64,000 nt of DNA. Source: an uncultured delta proteobacterium. Its GTDB lineage: Bacteria > Desulfobacterota > Desulfomonilia > Desulfomonilales > Desulfomonilaceae. Each line of letters starts with the position of its first letter. Position 1 is the stretch's first letter. Of this stretch, positions 51,728 to 62,089 are shown in pieces. A program made the translations under genes and the position numbers. The notes under the pieces were generated by a model, which saw only the letters and a program-made list of their open reading frames with translations, was not told where the DNA came from and ran no database searches. The DNA is taken from the NCBI GenBank assembly GCA_963789265.1, contig CAWBKB010000005.1, forward strand, positions 640,001 through 704,000, given 5' to 3'.

Positions 51728-52549
51728 GTGTTGGATCTCGCTTTACCAACCGGGAGGGACAGCTTGAAAAAGCTCTTTATGTCGAGTGCTTGCGCAGCTC
51801 TCATCGGGTTGATCGTCGCTGGGCCTGCGCCCGCTCATTTTGCAATGGTAATTCCCTCCACTGATGTGGTGGGACCAAACGGTGCCAAAGATATTTCTCT
51901 TTTACTTCAATTCACTCATCCATTTGAAGGCGGTCCTCAAATGGATCTGGAAAAGCCGGAGGCGTTCGGCGTAGTTGTGGGAAGCAGGGTCACAGACCTG
52001 ACTGAGACCCTCAGAGAGAAGAAAATACAGGGAAAGAGCGCCTGGGAAATTACTTTCAAGATTACCAGACCGGCAGATTACATCTTCTTCCTTCGTCCAA
52101 AACCGTACTGGGAGCAGGCAGAGGACAAGTTTATCATTCAATACACGAAAGTGATTGTGGATGCGTTTGGAGCGGAAGAAGGGTGGGACAGGCCCGTTGG
52201 CAAGCTAGCCGGCATGCAGGCAGAGATTGTTCCTCTGAGCCGGCCTTACAGTCTATACGCGGGGAATATCTTCACGGGGCAGGTGCTGAAAGAGGGAAAG
52301 CCGATGCCTAACGTTGAAGTGGAAGTGGAATGGTGGGGTAAAGGGAAGACCAAGGCCCCGACAGCCTCTCACGTGACTCAGGTGGTAAAGACCGACGCAA
52401 ACGGCGTCTTCTCTTATGCCATGCCCAAGGCAGGATGGTGGGGGTATTCGGCCGTGATGGAAGGCTCCAAAATGATCGAACATGAAAGCCGACCCAAAAA
52501 GGTGGAAATCGACGCGGTTATCTGGGTGCATGCGTATCCAATGGAGTAG
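51728..52549 (+). CDS. DUF4198 (NikM-like) periplasmic Ni/Co uptake protein
   Basis: Signal peptide then AHF..IPS, FTHPFE, EIVPLSRPY, AGWWGY. Confidence 0.88.
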   Translation: MLDLALPTGRDSLKKLFMSSACAALIGLIVAGPAPAHFAMVIPSTDVVGPNGAKDISLLLQFTHPFEGGPQMDLEKPEAFGVVVGSRVTDLTETLREKKIQGKSAWEITFKITRPADYIFFLRPKPYWEQAEDKFIIQYTKVIVDAFGAEEGWDRPVGKLAGMQAEIVPLSRPYSLYAGNIFTGQVLKEGKPMPNVEVEVEWWGKGKTKAPTASHVTQVVKTDANGVFSYAMPKAGWWGYSAVMEGSKMIEHESRPKKVEIDAVIWVHAYPME

Positions 52550-52557
52550 TTCAACAA

Positions 52558-53160
52558 ATGCATATATCCGAAGGTGTCCTCAGCGCACCGGTGCTAGCTG
52601 CCGGGGCAGCCCTCACAGTTGCCGGGACCGCTGTGGGGCTAAAAAAAATGGATTATGAGCGGCTGCCGCAGGTGGCTGTGCTGGCTTCTGCCTTCTTTGT
52701 GGCGTCCCTTATTCACGTTCCTCTTGGGCCGGGCGCAGTTCACCTAGTTTTGAACGGTTTGTGCGGCTTGATACTTGGATGGCTGGCATTTCCAGCCATT
52801 CTGGTGGGTCTAAGTCTTCAGGCCCTTTTGTTTCAGTTCGGGGGCCTGACGACACTGGGGGTCAACACGTTTAATATGGCTTTTCCTGCCGTATGCGTCG
52901 GATATGCTTGCGGTAGAGGCACACGAAGTCCCAGTCGCCTGGTCAGGGGTTTTGCTGAATTCACCGCAGGCGCCGGAGCAGTTCTATTGTCAGGGTTGCT
53001 GGTCGCACTTGCCCTCATGGCCACAGGGGAATCGTTCAATGCAGCGGCAGAGCTCATCGTAGCAGCCCATGTGCCGGTCATGATAATCGAAGGAATATTA
53101 ACCGTGTTCGTTGTAGAGTTCGTGAAACGAGTCAGGCCCGAGATGTTGGAAAATACCTGA
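52558..53160 (+). CDS. cbiM: ECF S component CbiM/NikM
   Basis: N-terminal MHISEGVL; QALLFQFGG. Confidence 0.93.
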   Translation: MHISEGVLSAPVLAAGAALTVAGTAVGLKKMDYERLPQVAVLASAFFVASLIHVPLGPGAVHLVLNGLCGLILGWLAFPAILVGLSLQALLFQFGGLTTLGVNTFNMAFPAVCVGYACGRGTRSPSRLVRGFAEFTAGAGAVLLSGLLVALALMATGESFNAAAELIVAAHVPVMIIEGILTVFVVEFVKRVRPEMLENT

Positions 53161-53236
53161 CATAAGCAAATCAGGGAGGGTTTGAGAGGTTCGCCCAAAG
53201 CATTCTTCGTGCAAAAGAACCAGCGGCACAAACTGT

Positions 53237-53282
53237 TTGACAAGCTTCTGATCTAGTGCTATTTTTTAGGAAATCATGGCAT
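53237..53282 (+). promoter_or_regulatory. sigma70-like promoter with overlapping NikR-like box
   Basis: TTGACA-N17-TATTTT; GTGCTA-N15-TGGCAT at 53256-53282. Confidence 0.4.
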
Positions 53283-53358
53283 GATCCGCATACTGAAATC
53301 ATAGTGTTGTTATCTAAAGATTCCTCACAGAGTCGAACTCCGAGCAGAAGGAGCCGAA

Positions 53359-54045
53359 TTGACGTCTGAACTAGAGAGTTCCCTCACCAATCAACTGAGA
53401 AAGTGCGGCGCGTTATTGGCTATGCTCGCTATCATGTTGTCTTTCACCCCCTCGGCCTGGGGGCACAAGGTGAATGTATTTGTGTACGTGCAAGGCGACA
53501 AGGTTATTGTTGAGGGCTATTTCAGCGGCAATGTAAAGGCTCAGGATTCCCCGGTAGAAGTCCTCGATTCCAAGGGGGAGAAAATCCTGCAAGGCAAAAC
53601 GAACACCGATGGCATGTATTCCTTTAAGCTGGCAGATCTTCCTCCCATAAAGGGCGATATGAAAATCGTCCTGGACGCCGGCCTGGGGCATAGGGCGGTC
53701 TATCAACTTAGTGCAGACGAAGTGCACTCTCCGACTAGGAAAACGAGAGCTTTGAGCACTGGAGTGGGAGTGACAGAAGCGAAGGTCGCGCGTGAAGCCG
53801 GTACACGTAGTATCCGACCCGTCCGGGTCGAAGATGCTTCTGTGCTGAAAAGAGCTGTGGCGGAAGAGCTGGATAAAAAGATTCAACCAATTTTGAGGAT
53901 GCTTGGGGAACAACAGAAGCTCCTGATGGAGCAGAAGTTGAAGGGCCCCGGTATTACGGAAATCATCGGAGGAATTGGTTGGATTTTCGGCATTGTTGGG
54001 GTTTGGGCTTACCTGATAAGTCGGAAGCGAACTGAAAAGCAATGA
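53359..54045 (+). CDS. CbiL/NikL-like accessory component
   Basis: Signal peptide, HKVNVF, GLGH, C-terminal IIGGIGWIFG TM helix. Confidence 0.8.
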   Translation: MTSELESSLTNQLRKCGALLAMLAIMLSFTPSAWGHKVNVFVYVQGDKVIVEGYFSGNVKAQDSPVEVLDSKGEKILQGKTNTDGMYSFKLADLPPIKGDMKIVLDAGLGHRAVYQLSADEVHSPTRKTRALSTGVGVTEAKVAREAGTRSIRPVRVEDASVLKRAVAEELDKKIQPILRMLGEQQKLLMEQKLKGPGITEIIGGIGWIFGIVGVWAYLISRKRTEKQ

Positions 54046-54057
54046 CCTTACCGGAGT

Positions 54058-54810
54058 GTGTTGGCAATGGACATTGAAGAATTTGCTCTGGGTGAATCAT
54101 TCGTTCACAGGGTCGATCCTCGTGTTAAAATTGTTTGTACGTTTGTCTTTTCCACGGTTGTGGCGTTAAGCCAATGGATTCCTGGAGTGGCGGCGGCAAT
54201 TGTTTTCCCGATGGTTCTAATCCTTGGGGCCGGGATCAATCTAAGGCGTGTGCTCTCAAGGCTGGCCGTTGTCAATACGTTTATTCTGTTCCTTTGGTTG
54301 TTTCTGCCTTTCACATTTCCCGGCGAAGTAATCCATCGCCTGGGTCCTCTGGAAATTCACAAAGAAGGTCTGCTGTACGCCTTGCTTATCACCCTTAAAT
54401 CCAACGCCATTTTGTTAATGATAATAGCTCTCCTGGGAACTTCACCCATCTTCAATCTTGTGCACGCGCTGAGCCACATGGGAATTCCGGACAAGCTGGT
54501 GCATATATTTTTCTTCTGCTTTCGTTATATCCATGTGATCCATGAGGAATACCATAGACTTGCCAATGCCATGAAGATAAGAAGCTTCCGACCCCGGACC
54601 GACATCCACACCTATCGAGCGTATGCATATCTGGTGGGGATGATCCTGGTCAAGAGCTTCGACAGATCCAAGAGAATATTAGCCGCGATGAAGTGCCGCG
54701 GTTTTAGGGGACGTTTCTACATACTGCACCATTATGAGATGAAAAAATGCGACTATCTCCTGGCACTGTCGAGCCTCATATTTACCGCTGCTCTCCTGGT
54801 GGTCAAATGA
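54058..54810 (+). CDS. cbiQ: ECF T component
   Basis: HRVDPRVK, RYIHV, AMKCRGF motifs. Confidence 0.92.
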   Translation: MLAMDIEEFALGESFVHRVDPRVKIVCTFVFSTVVALSQWIPGVAAAIVFPMVLILGAGINLRRVLSRLAVVNTFILFLWLFLPFTFPGEVIHRLGPLEIHKEGLLYALLITLKSNAILLMIIALLGTSPIFNLVHALSHMGIPDKLVHIFFFCFRYIHVIHEEYHRLANAMKIRSFRPRTDIHTYRAYAYLVGMILVKSFDRSKRILAAMKCRGFRGRFYILHHYEMKKCDYLLALSSLIFTAALLVVK

Positions 54811-55448
54811 TTCGTTTGAGAAATATCCGTTTCAAGTACAACTCCGGATATATTCTAGACGGTTTGGATTTAAACGTAACTCCCGGTGATCGCATAGGCC
54901 TTGTGGGCCCTAACGGATCGGGGAAAACTACGCTGTGTCAGATCATCATGGGCCTGTTGACTCCGGAGTCCGGCGAAGTTGAGATTTTCGGTAAGGTCAG
55001 AGTTGGAGAGCCTGATTTTCAGCAGATACGTGGAAAGATAGGCTTTCTCTTTCAGGATGCGGACGATCAACTGTTCTGCCCGACCGTCCTTGAGGACGTG
55101 GCTTTCGGACCGCTAAACCTGGGAAAGAGTCCTGCTGAAGCCAAGCGCATTGTAGCAAAGACGTTAGACTCGCTGAGTTTGAAAGGGTTCGAGGACCGCA
55201 TTACCTATCAGCTTTCAGGCGGTGAAAAGCGGTTGGTCTCTTTGGCCACGGTGCTGGCGATGGAGCCGGACATGCTGATACTTGACGAGCCCACTGGCGG
55301 CCTCGACGATGAGACCATAGAAAGGCTCATACACATACTTAACGAGTCGAATCTTACGTTTATTCTTGTGTCCCATGACCGAGAATTTCTCGAAAGGACT
55401 ACCAACAAGTTATTGAGAATCAAGAACGGGATGATTGCCGAGGCATAA
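54807..55448 (+). CDS. cbiO: ECF ATPase
   Basis: GPNGSGKT, FQDADDQLF, LSGGEKR, LDEPT motifs. Confidence 0.92.
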   Translation: MIRLRNIRFKYNSGYILDGLDLNVTPGDRIGLVGPNGSGKTTLCQIIMGLLTPESGEVEIFGKVRVGEPDFQQIRGKIGFLFQDADDQLFCPTVLEDVAFGPLNLGKSPAEAKRIVAKTLDSLSLKGFEDRITYQLSGGEKRLVSLATVLAMEPDMLILDEPTGGLDDETIERLIHILNESNLTFILVSHDREFLERTTNKLLRIKNGMIAEA

Positions 55449-56147
55449 TCAAGCCGCCGGATTCATATCCACGTATTCCTCTCTCTTATCCTCGCGATGG
55501 TCCACCATGTACAGCATTTTAGCCTTCCCTTTAAGCTGCTCAGTAAGCTGAGACATCTTCTCGCGATCAATATCGAAAGCCCTTATGTACACGTTCCTGA
55601 AGCCGTCAGGGGCTCGCTCATAAGAGCTGAGAATGCTCACCAATCGGCCGCCGTAATCGCGAATGACGTCAGTTACGTCCTTGATGGATCCCGGGCGATC
55701 TTCGAGTTCAAACGCGAATTGCACGCCTCGCTTTTCTAGGCCGGTCAAGGAAATCAATGCCCGGAACAGGTCCAGTTGCGTGATGGACCCTATGATGCGC
55801 CCCTGCGTGTCTACCACGGGAGCCCCCGATATCTTGTTCCGGAGCAGCACGGCTGCTGCCTCCTCCAGAGTGTAATCCGGCGGGACCGTGATGGGGTTCT
55901 TAGACATTATGTCTCCTATTCTAATGCGAGAAAGGAGATATATCAGTTCGTGGACATCCAGTGACGTTGCGTCGGAAGCCGAAGCCCTCTTGAGGTCGCG
56001 ATCAGTTATGATGCCCACGAGTCGCCCATCTTTAAGCACCGGAAGCATTGGCATCTGATGTTCTGTGATAAGGTTTGTAGCGTGCTGCATTGAATCGTCG
56101 ATGTCAACTGTGACTACGTCTTTTCTCATCCAGTATTTTACGAGCAT
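55449..56147 (-). CDS. CBS-pair + ACT domain protein (AcuB-like)
   Basis: LVGIITDRDLK, SDATSL, DRPGSI motifs. Confidence 0.9.
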   Translation of the reverse strand: MLVKYWMRKDVVTVDIDDSMQHATNLITEHQMPMLPVLKDGRLVGIITDRDLKRASASDATSLDVHELIYLLSRIRIGDIMSKNPITVPPDYTLEEAAAVLLRNKISGAPVVDTQGRIIGSITQLDLFRALISLTGLEKRGVQFAFELEDRPGSIKDVTDVIRDYGGRLVSILSSYERAPDGFRNVYIRAFDIDREKMSQLTEQLKGKAKMLYMVDHREDKREEYVDMNPAA

Positions 56148-56326
56148 GGTTCTTACTCCCGTTGATCGTATTGCTTGAAACGTTATTCTGGTAGTAGGTC
56201 CATGAAAGGTCGCCTTTAAACCCTTTTGTTATTGGCCCGTCTCAAATCGCTCAGCACCACGCTCCTATTTCTCGTGGTTTGGTTGAACGGTTAGAGGAAC
56301 TAAAGGCGTCACCGAATCACTTGTTA

Positions 56327-56343
56327 AGCAACGCGTGTGCCAA
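56327..56343 (-). promoter_or_regulatory. sigma54 -24/-12 promoter for the CBS-ACT gene
   Basis: Minus strand TTGGCAC-ACGCG-TTGCT matches TGGCAC-N5-TTGC. Confidence 0.8.
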
Positions 56344-56659
56344 CTCTTTCGATCCGCAAGAACGCCATAGCGATCTGGAAAACATAAGGGGTATATGAAA
56401 CGAGTCTGGTTCGCTCGTTCTCCCGTCCAACGTTCGCGAATGTCAGTGTTTTTTACATGTTGTAAAACTTGTCAGGGGAGGAAGCAAACCTTACATTTCA
56501 GTTCGACTCTTCATTTCCAGCGGGTACCGGCTGTTTCGGGATGATATCTCCTGCTGTTGAACGAGGGGGGAAAGGCGTGTCGGCATTGACTATTACTCTG
56601 ATCAGAGATAGGTTTGTTTCACGACTTCATCAACAAAACAGGAACGATGGAGGCCATAT

Positions 56660-58148
56660 ATGACGTGGAAGAGGCTGAGCCTACGTACGCGCATTCTTCT
56701 TATGCTGTCAGCACTGGTCTCAATAACTGTGGCCGGCGGTCTGATTACCATAGGATATACATATATTATGAATCATTTTTTCACTGAGGTGACGGAGTCT
56801 GATGTCCTGGCCCTTCACGCTTCCCGCGAGCTCGAGACCGCTCTAGTCATGCAAAAGGGATATGTTACCTATTTCTCGCAGGACAGGGATCCTCAGTGGC
56901 TCGAGCAACTCGATAAATATCATGCGACCTTTGATGAATGGCTGAAGAAGGGGAGACGATGGGCCAAAACGGACAACGAAAGGCTAATTTTGAACCAACT
57001 TGAGTCAGGGTACATTCGTTACGCTAACTCGCGGAACGAAGTAATAAAACTTTACAAAGAGAATAAGACGAATGAGGGGCTTGACCTTCAGAAGCGCGTG
57101 CGCGGCCAGTTCCTTCAAATTATGGAGCTTTGTCGACAGGTACAGGAAGGCTTCCGAACAAAGGATATCCAGTGCACGTGAAAGAATCAAAGATCAAGCT
57201 GCTTTAATCAGCGTGTTGGCGGGGTTTGCTTTGGTCAGTGTAGTTATCCTCGGTGTATTTTTGGCCTATAGTTTAATCAACGATGTGCTAAAACCCATAC
57301 GACAATTGGCTTTGGCAACAGAAGGGCACAAGGGCGATGCCACCGTGGACGACGAAGTTAAAGCCCTCAGCCGCCGATTTCAGAGTCTTATCAATGACGT
57401 GGACCAGACTAAATCAAAGCTCAAATGGAGCACGGAACATCTCCAGCAAGCGGAGAAGTGGGCGCTGATCGGGAAGCTGGCCGCCGGCGTGGCTCACAGC
57501 ATTCGCAACCCGTTGACTTCAGTCAAGATGCGCCTATTTTCCATGGAACGAACATTGGCCTTGGCCCCCAGCCAAAAGGAAGATTTCGAGGTAATCTCTG
57601 AAGAGATCCGGCATATCGACACGATAGTCGGAAATTTCTTGGAATTCTCCAGACCCCCGAAGCTGAAAATGCAAAAAATAAGTCCTTCGGATTCAGTTGA
57701 CGTGGCACTCCAACTTCTCCGTCATCGGCTGGAAAGTTACGATGTGAAAGTCCAAGTCAAACGCGAGAAACGTCTCAGGGAGATCCTGGCCGATCCGGAT
57801 CAGCTAAAGGAGGTTCTCGCGAATCTTATCGTAAATGCTTGCGAGGCAATGGTGGATGGTGGTTCCATTTCAATCGTGGAAGAGGAAAATTCCTCGGACG
57901 ACCTATGCCCGGTGGTTGTGATGAAGGTAAGTGACACTGGGCCAGGTGTCCCGGCCTCCATTCAAGAAAAGCTCTTTCAGCCTTTTTTCAGCACGAAAGA
58001 GGAAGGTACGGGGCTTGGACTGAGCATAGCAACGCGCATAGTAGAAGAACATGGCGGTTCGCTGGATCTCGAATCCCAGGAAGGGCATGGAGCCACTTTT
58101 ATTATATCTTTGCCGGCAAGAGAGGGACAGACGTGGGAACAATCGTGA
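56660..58148 (+). CDS. Sensor histidine kinase (4HB-type sensor), frameshifted near 57135
   Basis: Two TM helices; AHSIRNPL, N box, DTGPG, GTGLGL. Confidence 0.88.
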
Positions 58149-59563
58149 TAGTCGATGATGACGCTCAGTTAAGACATAGCTTCGAAAAACTTTTGGCGGC
58201 TGAAGGCCACACCGTTCGAACTTCCCCTACCGGGGAAGGGGGATTAGAGATAGTCCGCGGGGGAGTGCCCGATCTGGTAATCATGGATGTGCGTCTGCCG
58301 GGAATGAATGGTCTGCAGACGTTTCAGGTCATGCACGAGATCGAGCCCAAGCTACCGGTCATAGTGATGACTGCTTATGGCACGACTGACACAGCCATCG
58401 AGGCAACCAAACTGGGGGCGTTCGATTATGTTCTCAAGCCGTTCGAAATCCCCGAGATGCTCTCTACAATCGAGAAGGCCCTGGAAGCAGGCCGATTTAT
58501 GCGCTCCCGAGTTGAGATGGCCGTCGCGCCGGAAGAAAGCTCAACCGATGGAATATTCGGTCAGAGCAGGGCCATGCAGGAGATTTACAAGGCAATCGGC
58601 CGTGTCGCCTCCACTGAGGCCACGGTGCTCATTCGCGGAGAGTCGGGCACCGGCAAAGAGCTTGTGGCCCGAGCACTTTATCAACACAGCATACGCTCCA
58701 ACAAACCCTTTCTAGTTATAAATTGCGTTGCGATACCGGAAACCCTTCTGGAAAGCGAACTGTTCGGATACGAAAAAGGAGCCTTTACCGGTGCCGTGAA
58801 TCGCCGCGTAGGAAAGATAGAGCAGGCCAATGGCGGAACCGTGTTTCTGGATGAGATCGGGGACATGCCGTTTAGTATTCAGGCCAAAATCCTCCGGCTG
58901 CTTCAGGAAAAGAGCATAGAGCGCCTTGGCGGCCGTTCCCCCATTCCCGTGGATGTTCGAGTCCTCGCGGCCACCAACCGGAACCTGGAAGCTGCTCTGG
59001 CAGAAGGGAGATTTCGCGAGGATTTGTATTATCGTCTTAAGGTGGTAACCCTCCAATTGCCGCCCTTGCGTGAACGATCGGGGGACGTGCCGATGCTCGC
59101 AGTATACTTCCTCAAAAGATTTGCCGGAGAGATGAATGTGGCCAGCCCGGGAATTACCGAAGAAGCAAAAGCTATCCTGGCTTCATATTCATGGCCCGGA
59201 AATGTCCGGGAACTAGCCAACACCATGCAGAAGGCCCTGATCTTCAGTCGAGGTGCGCCGCTCACCGGTGAGGAGATCACTCAGGCCATCCGCGGAGAAA
59301 GCGTGGCCAGAGAGGTGGACCGGGAATCCGGGGACCAGGCCATACGCCAGTGGGTTCGCCGGGCTTTATCCGGTGGCGAAGCTGAAAGGACATTCAGTGA
59401 AGTCACGGATCGCTTTGCCGGCTACATTATAAAGGAAGCACTAAATCTGACCGGCGGGAATCGTTCACAGGCAGCGAAACTTCTCGGTCTCTCGCGTCCC
59501 ACACTCTTGGCGAAAATTGAGAAATACGGAATCAAGATCGAAACCGCGGTCAGGAGTGAATGA
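58133..59563 (+). CDS. sigma54-dependent response regulator (NtrC family)
   Basis: REC domain, [14 protein letters not shown], Fis-type HTH. Confidence 0.95.
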   Translation: MGTIVIVDDDAQLRHSFEKLLAAEGHTVRTSPTGEGGLEIVRGGVPDLVIMDVRLPGMNGLQTFQVMHEIEPKLPVIVMTAYGTTDTAIEATKLGAFDYVLKPFEIPEMLSTIEKALEAGRFMRSRVEMAVAPEESSTDGIFGQSRAMQEIYKAIGRVASTEATVLIRGESGTGKELVARALYQHSIRSNKPFLVINCVAIPETLLESELFGYEKGAFTGAVNRRVGKIEQANGGTVFLDEIGDMPFSIQAKILRLLQEKSIERLGGRSPIPVDVRVLAATNRNLEAALAEGRFREDLYYRLKVVTLQLPPLRERSGDVPMLAVYFLKRFAGEMNVASPGITEEAKAILASYSWPGNVRELANTMQKALIFSRGAPLTGEEITQAIRGESVAREVDRESGDQAIRQWVRRALSGGEAERTFSEVTDRFAGYIIKEALNLTGGNRSQAAKLLGLSRPTLLAKIEKYGIKIETAVRSE

Positions 59564-59635
59564 AGTGTCGTGAATGAAAGCCGCGAGGTGCCGTGCATGC
59601 CGATGCTAAATTTAGCTCTCAGGCCTGCATCTTCA

Positions 59636-60006
59636 GTAGGACGGGCATCCTGCCCGTCGTTTGTCACCCCGGACTTCGATCCGGGGGTAGCGCCGGCGTC
59701 CCGAAACTGTCTCAAAAACAATGAAGCGGTCGGAATCGTAGCACGAATCCCTCACCCTGTGTCCCTCTCCCAGAGGGCGAGGGAAGTGCAAAACTGCCCT
59801 GGATCTACTCCCTCTCCCTCTGGGAGAGGGTTGGGGTGAGGGCGACGACTATACGAATGAGCCTGAATCGTGGCACGATTCTGGTCATCAAAATAGTTTT
59901 GAGACAGTTTCTCCCTGCCGGCGATTCGCCAACAACCGGCACGGAGGCCGGTCCTACTGGATGACCGCGTACGCGGGCATGACGATAGGCAAGATGCCTG
60001 TCCTAC
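59636..60006. repeat. GTAG-type REP cluster
   Basis: GTAG-hairpins at 59636 and 59687; inverted hairpin-CTAC units ending near 59957 and at 60006. Confidence 0.75.
59703..59911. mobile_element. 209-bp MITE with 15-bp perfect IR and 4-bp TSD TCCC
   Basis: GAAACTGTCTCAAAA...TTTTGAGACAGTTTC; TCCC at 59699-59702 and 59912-59915. Confidence 0.85.
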
Positions 60007-60023
60007 TAAAGAAAAGCCATGAT

Positions 60024-61328
60024 TCACGGCTTCACCACTCGCCCCAGGAACAGTATGCACCTCGATGGCTTATGCCAAATCAGGTAAACAAACGGATGAT
60101 CCGCACGAAATACCGGGATCGGCTTTGACCTTCGCATCGCCATCCCTGTGGGCCTCATACTCAAGCTTGTTGCTGCGGTCGCCTCAGTCCCCTTTTCCTT
60201 AACATCAACGAAAGCCTTGTGGACGGCTTTCTCAATGAATAAATCCCTGCCACCAGTCATTCCGGAGAAATCCGCGTCTGACTGGGAAAAGGCGTCGGTT
60301 ATCCCTAGCCTCACAAGCATGGCTGGCAACTGATAAGTTGAAGTCATCCTAAATTTGGGGAAGTGAACCTCGACCACTCGTGTTCGGAGGTTTCCGGTCC
60401 ACTGAAGAAGCTTGTCCAAGGTTAGAGATTGTTCGAAATCATCAAAACTCCTTTGCTTCGATGGAAGCAGAATCACCATAGCCAGTTCCTGGCCTTTATA
60501 CGGCATCTCAAGTATCTGCAATTCCGCTTCTTGCGCATAACCGAACGGTTTTGTCTGCCTCATCATCGGAACTCTGATTTCCGTGCCATCGAGCAAAGTG
60601 AATTTGTCTTGCTTTGTCCATTTCTTTTTGAATTGAAAATCCCATAATCCCTTGAAATAAATTGCATTTGTGATCACAAGCCTGGTATCGGAACTGATAC
60701 TGCCTGGACCCATGAGGTCTTTGATCTTGTTTCTGGTCTGTTTTTCCACCCAGGAGTTGATGGCCTTTCGCGCTGATTCGGGAGCATGTCGGAAATCCAT
60801 CTGTCGGAGACATCCAGGATCGCCGGGCCAGATCAACGCCACTGCTTCTGTCACGAATGGAATCCGCGGAAACCATCCGTGACTTGGAAGGAAATTGATC
60901 CGTACAGTTTCCAAGAATTCCTTTTTGAATTTGAATGACTTCTCCGCCCACAGAGCATTGGCGATGTTCAGCTCAATACCTTTCTTGCCACCTGCGGCCA
61001 GCACCTGCTCATTGAGAGCACGAAAGGACCCGCTGATTTTGGCTTTTTCCAGGCTGAAATGAAAAGCCTTGGCCATCTGGGATTCTGTCTTGCCGCGGGC
61101 TCCAGCGTAGGCAATTGCGAGAGATGCTGAAATGCTATAAGGAGAGAAAAAGATGTTGCCTTCAGATTTTGGGAGCTGTCCATACAAATCAATGGCAAAG
61201 GCATTCACCGCCTCAGCCGCGGCATCCCCTTCGGACTCGGCCGCGGAGCATGGAGCCGGCCCCGGAGAGAAAAGGGTAAGAGATAATAGAGCAACAAAAG
61301 CTGCAAAAATTATTGGCGATCTCTTCAT
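60024..61328 (-). CDS. Secreted serpin
   Basis: NIFFSPYSI, NAIYFKGLW, EKGTEATAAT hinge, FRADHPF. Confidence 0.96.
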   Translation of the reverse strand: MKRSPIIFAAFVALLSLTLFSPGPAPCSAAESEGDAAAEAVNAFAIDLYGQLPKSEGNIFFSPYSISASLAIAYAGARGKTESQMAKAFHFSLEKAKISGSFRALNEQVLAAGGKKGIELNIANALWAEKSFKFKKEFLETVRINFLPSHGWFPRIPFVTEAVALIWPGDPGCLRQMDFRHAPESARKAINSWVEKQTRNKIKDLMGPGSISSDTRLVITNAIYFKGLWDFQFKKKWTKQDKFTLLDGTEIRVPMMRQTKPFGYAQEAELQILEMPYKGQELAMVILLPSKQRSFDDFEQSLTLDKLLQWTGNLRTRVVEVHFPKFRMTSTYQLPAMLVRLGITDAFSQSDADFSGMTGGRDLFIEKAVHKAFVDVKEKGTEATAATSLSMRPTGMAMRRSKPIPVFRADHPFVYLIWHKPSRCILFLGRVVKP

Positions 61329-61358
61329 GGAATTCCCCCGGAGAAGAAAACTACACGC

Positions 61359-61790
61359 TCATGTGATTATCTGCTGTTTTAACCACTTGGCATGCTGCAT
61401 CTCATCAAGCAACTGCTCTTCGAGCATTTCCACGGTGACCGGGTCATCCACAATGTCCGCGACAGCCTGAGCGTATTCCTTGATGGCTTCTTGTTCGAGT
61501 CCCAGTTCCACTTTCAACATGGCCTGAGTGCCTTGCTGCCGGGACATTGCGGCCAATTCTCTTCCCAGCATCGACGCCTCTCCCCCCGGCCTGACAGGAC
61601 TGCCGCCAAGTTCGCTGATCCTCGTTGTCAGGGCGACCGCGTGAGCATGTTCCACGGGGATGATCGCTTTTACTCCGTCCGCAATTTCAGGCTCCGAAAT
61701 CGCAGAAGCGTGTGTACGATAACATTCCAGGGCAGTGAATTCGGATTCCAGAAGATGGTTGAGCAAATCTATTTTATCTTCAGGGCTCAT
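61359..61790 (-). CDS. Ferritin-like di-iron protein
   Basis: E..EHAH..E..EMQH ligand pattern. Confidence 0.85.
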   Translation of the reverse strand: MSPEDKIDLLNHLLESEFTALECYRTHASAISEPEIADGVKAIIPVEHAHAVALTTRISELGGSPVRPGGEASMLGRELAAMSRQQGTQAMLKVELGLEQEAIKEYAQAVADIVDDPVTVEMLEEQLLDEMQHAKWLKQQIIT

Positions 61791-61857
61791 GGGTTATTTC
61801 CTTAAAGAATTATATACCTTGCAAAGCCTCGGGAATTTGGCAATGATTCCACGTGAA

Positions 61858-61940
61858 TCACCTTCCCCTTTTTCCCCTCCCGTCGAGGGAGGGGATTCAA
61901 AAACCCTCTCCCTTGGCGGGAGAGGGAAGGGTGAGGGGGA
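61858..61940. repeat. Palindromic CCCTCTCCC/GGGAGAGGG repeat element; related copy at 59749-59842
   Basis: Two nested GC-rich hairpins with TCACC..GGTGA ends. Confidence 0.75.
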
Positions 61941-62089
61941 CGTAAGGTTTGTCAAGTGAACAATTCCCTCCTACCAGGGATCAGCCATAAAGTCATATGC
62001 TTCAAAACCAATTCAGCCGCGGAAATGTTGTCCGTCAAACCAATATAGCCAAAGCAGGAGCTTGGATAAGACTCCCTCACAACAAGTTG

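Noticed and set aside
51600..51730. Cobalamin riboswitch or NikR box upstream of the DUF4198 gene
   Set aside because: No B12-box was recognised, and the GTATGA and TAGCAC half-sites lack correctly spaced partners.
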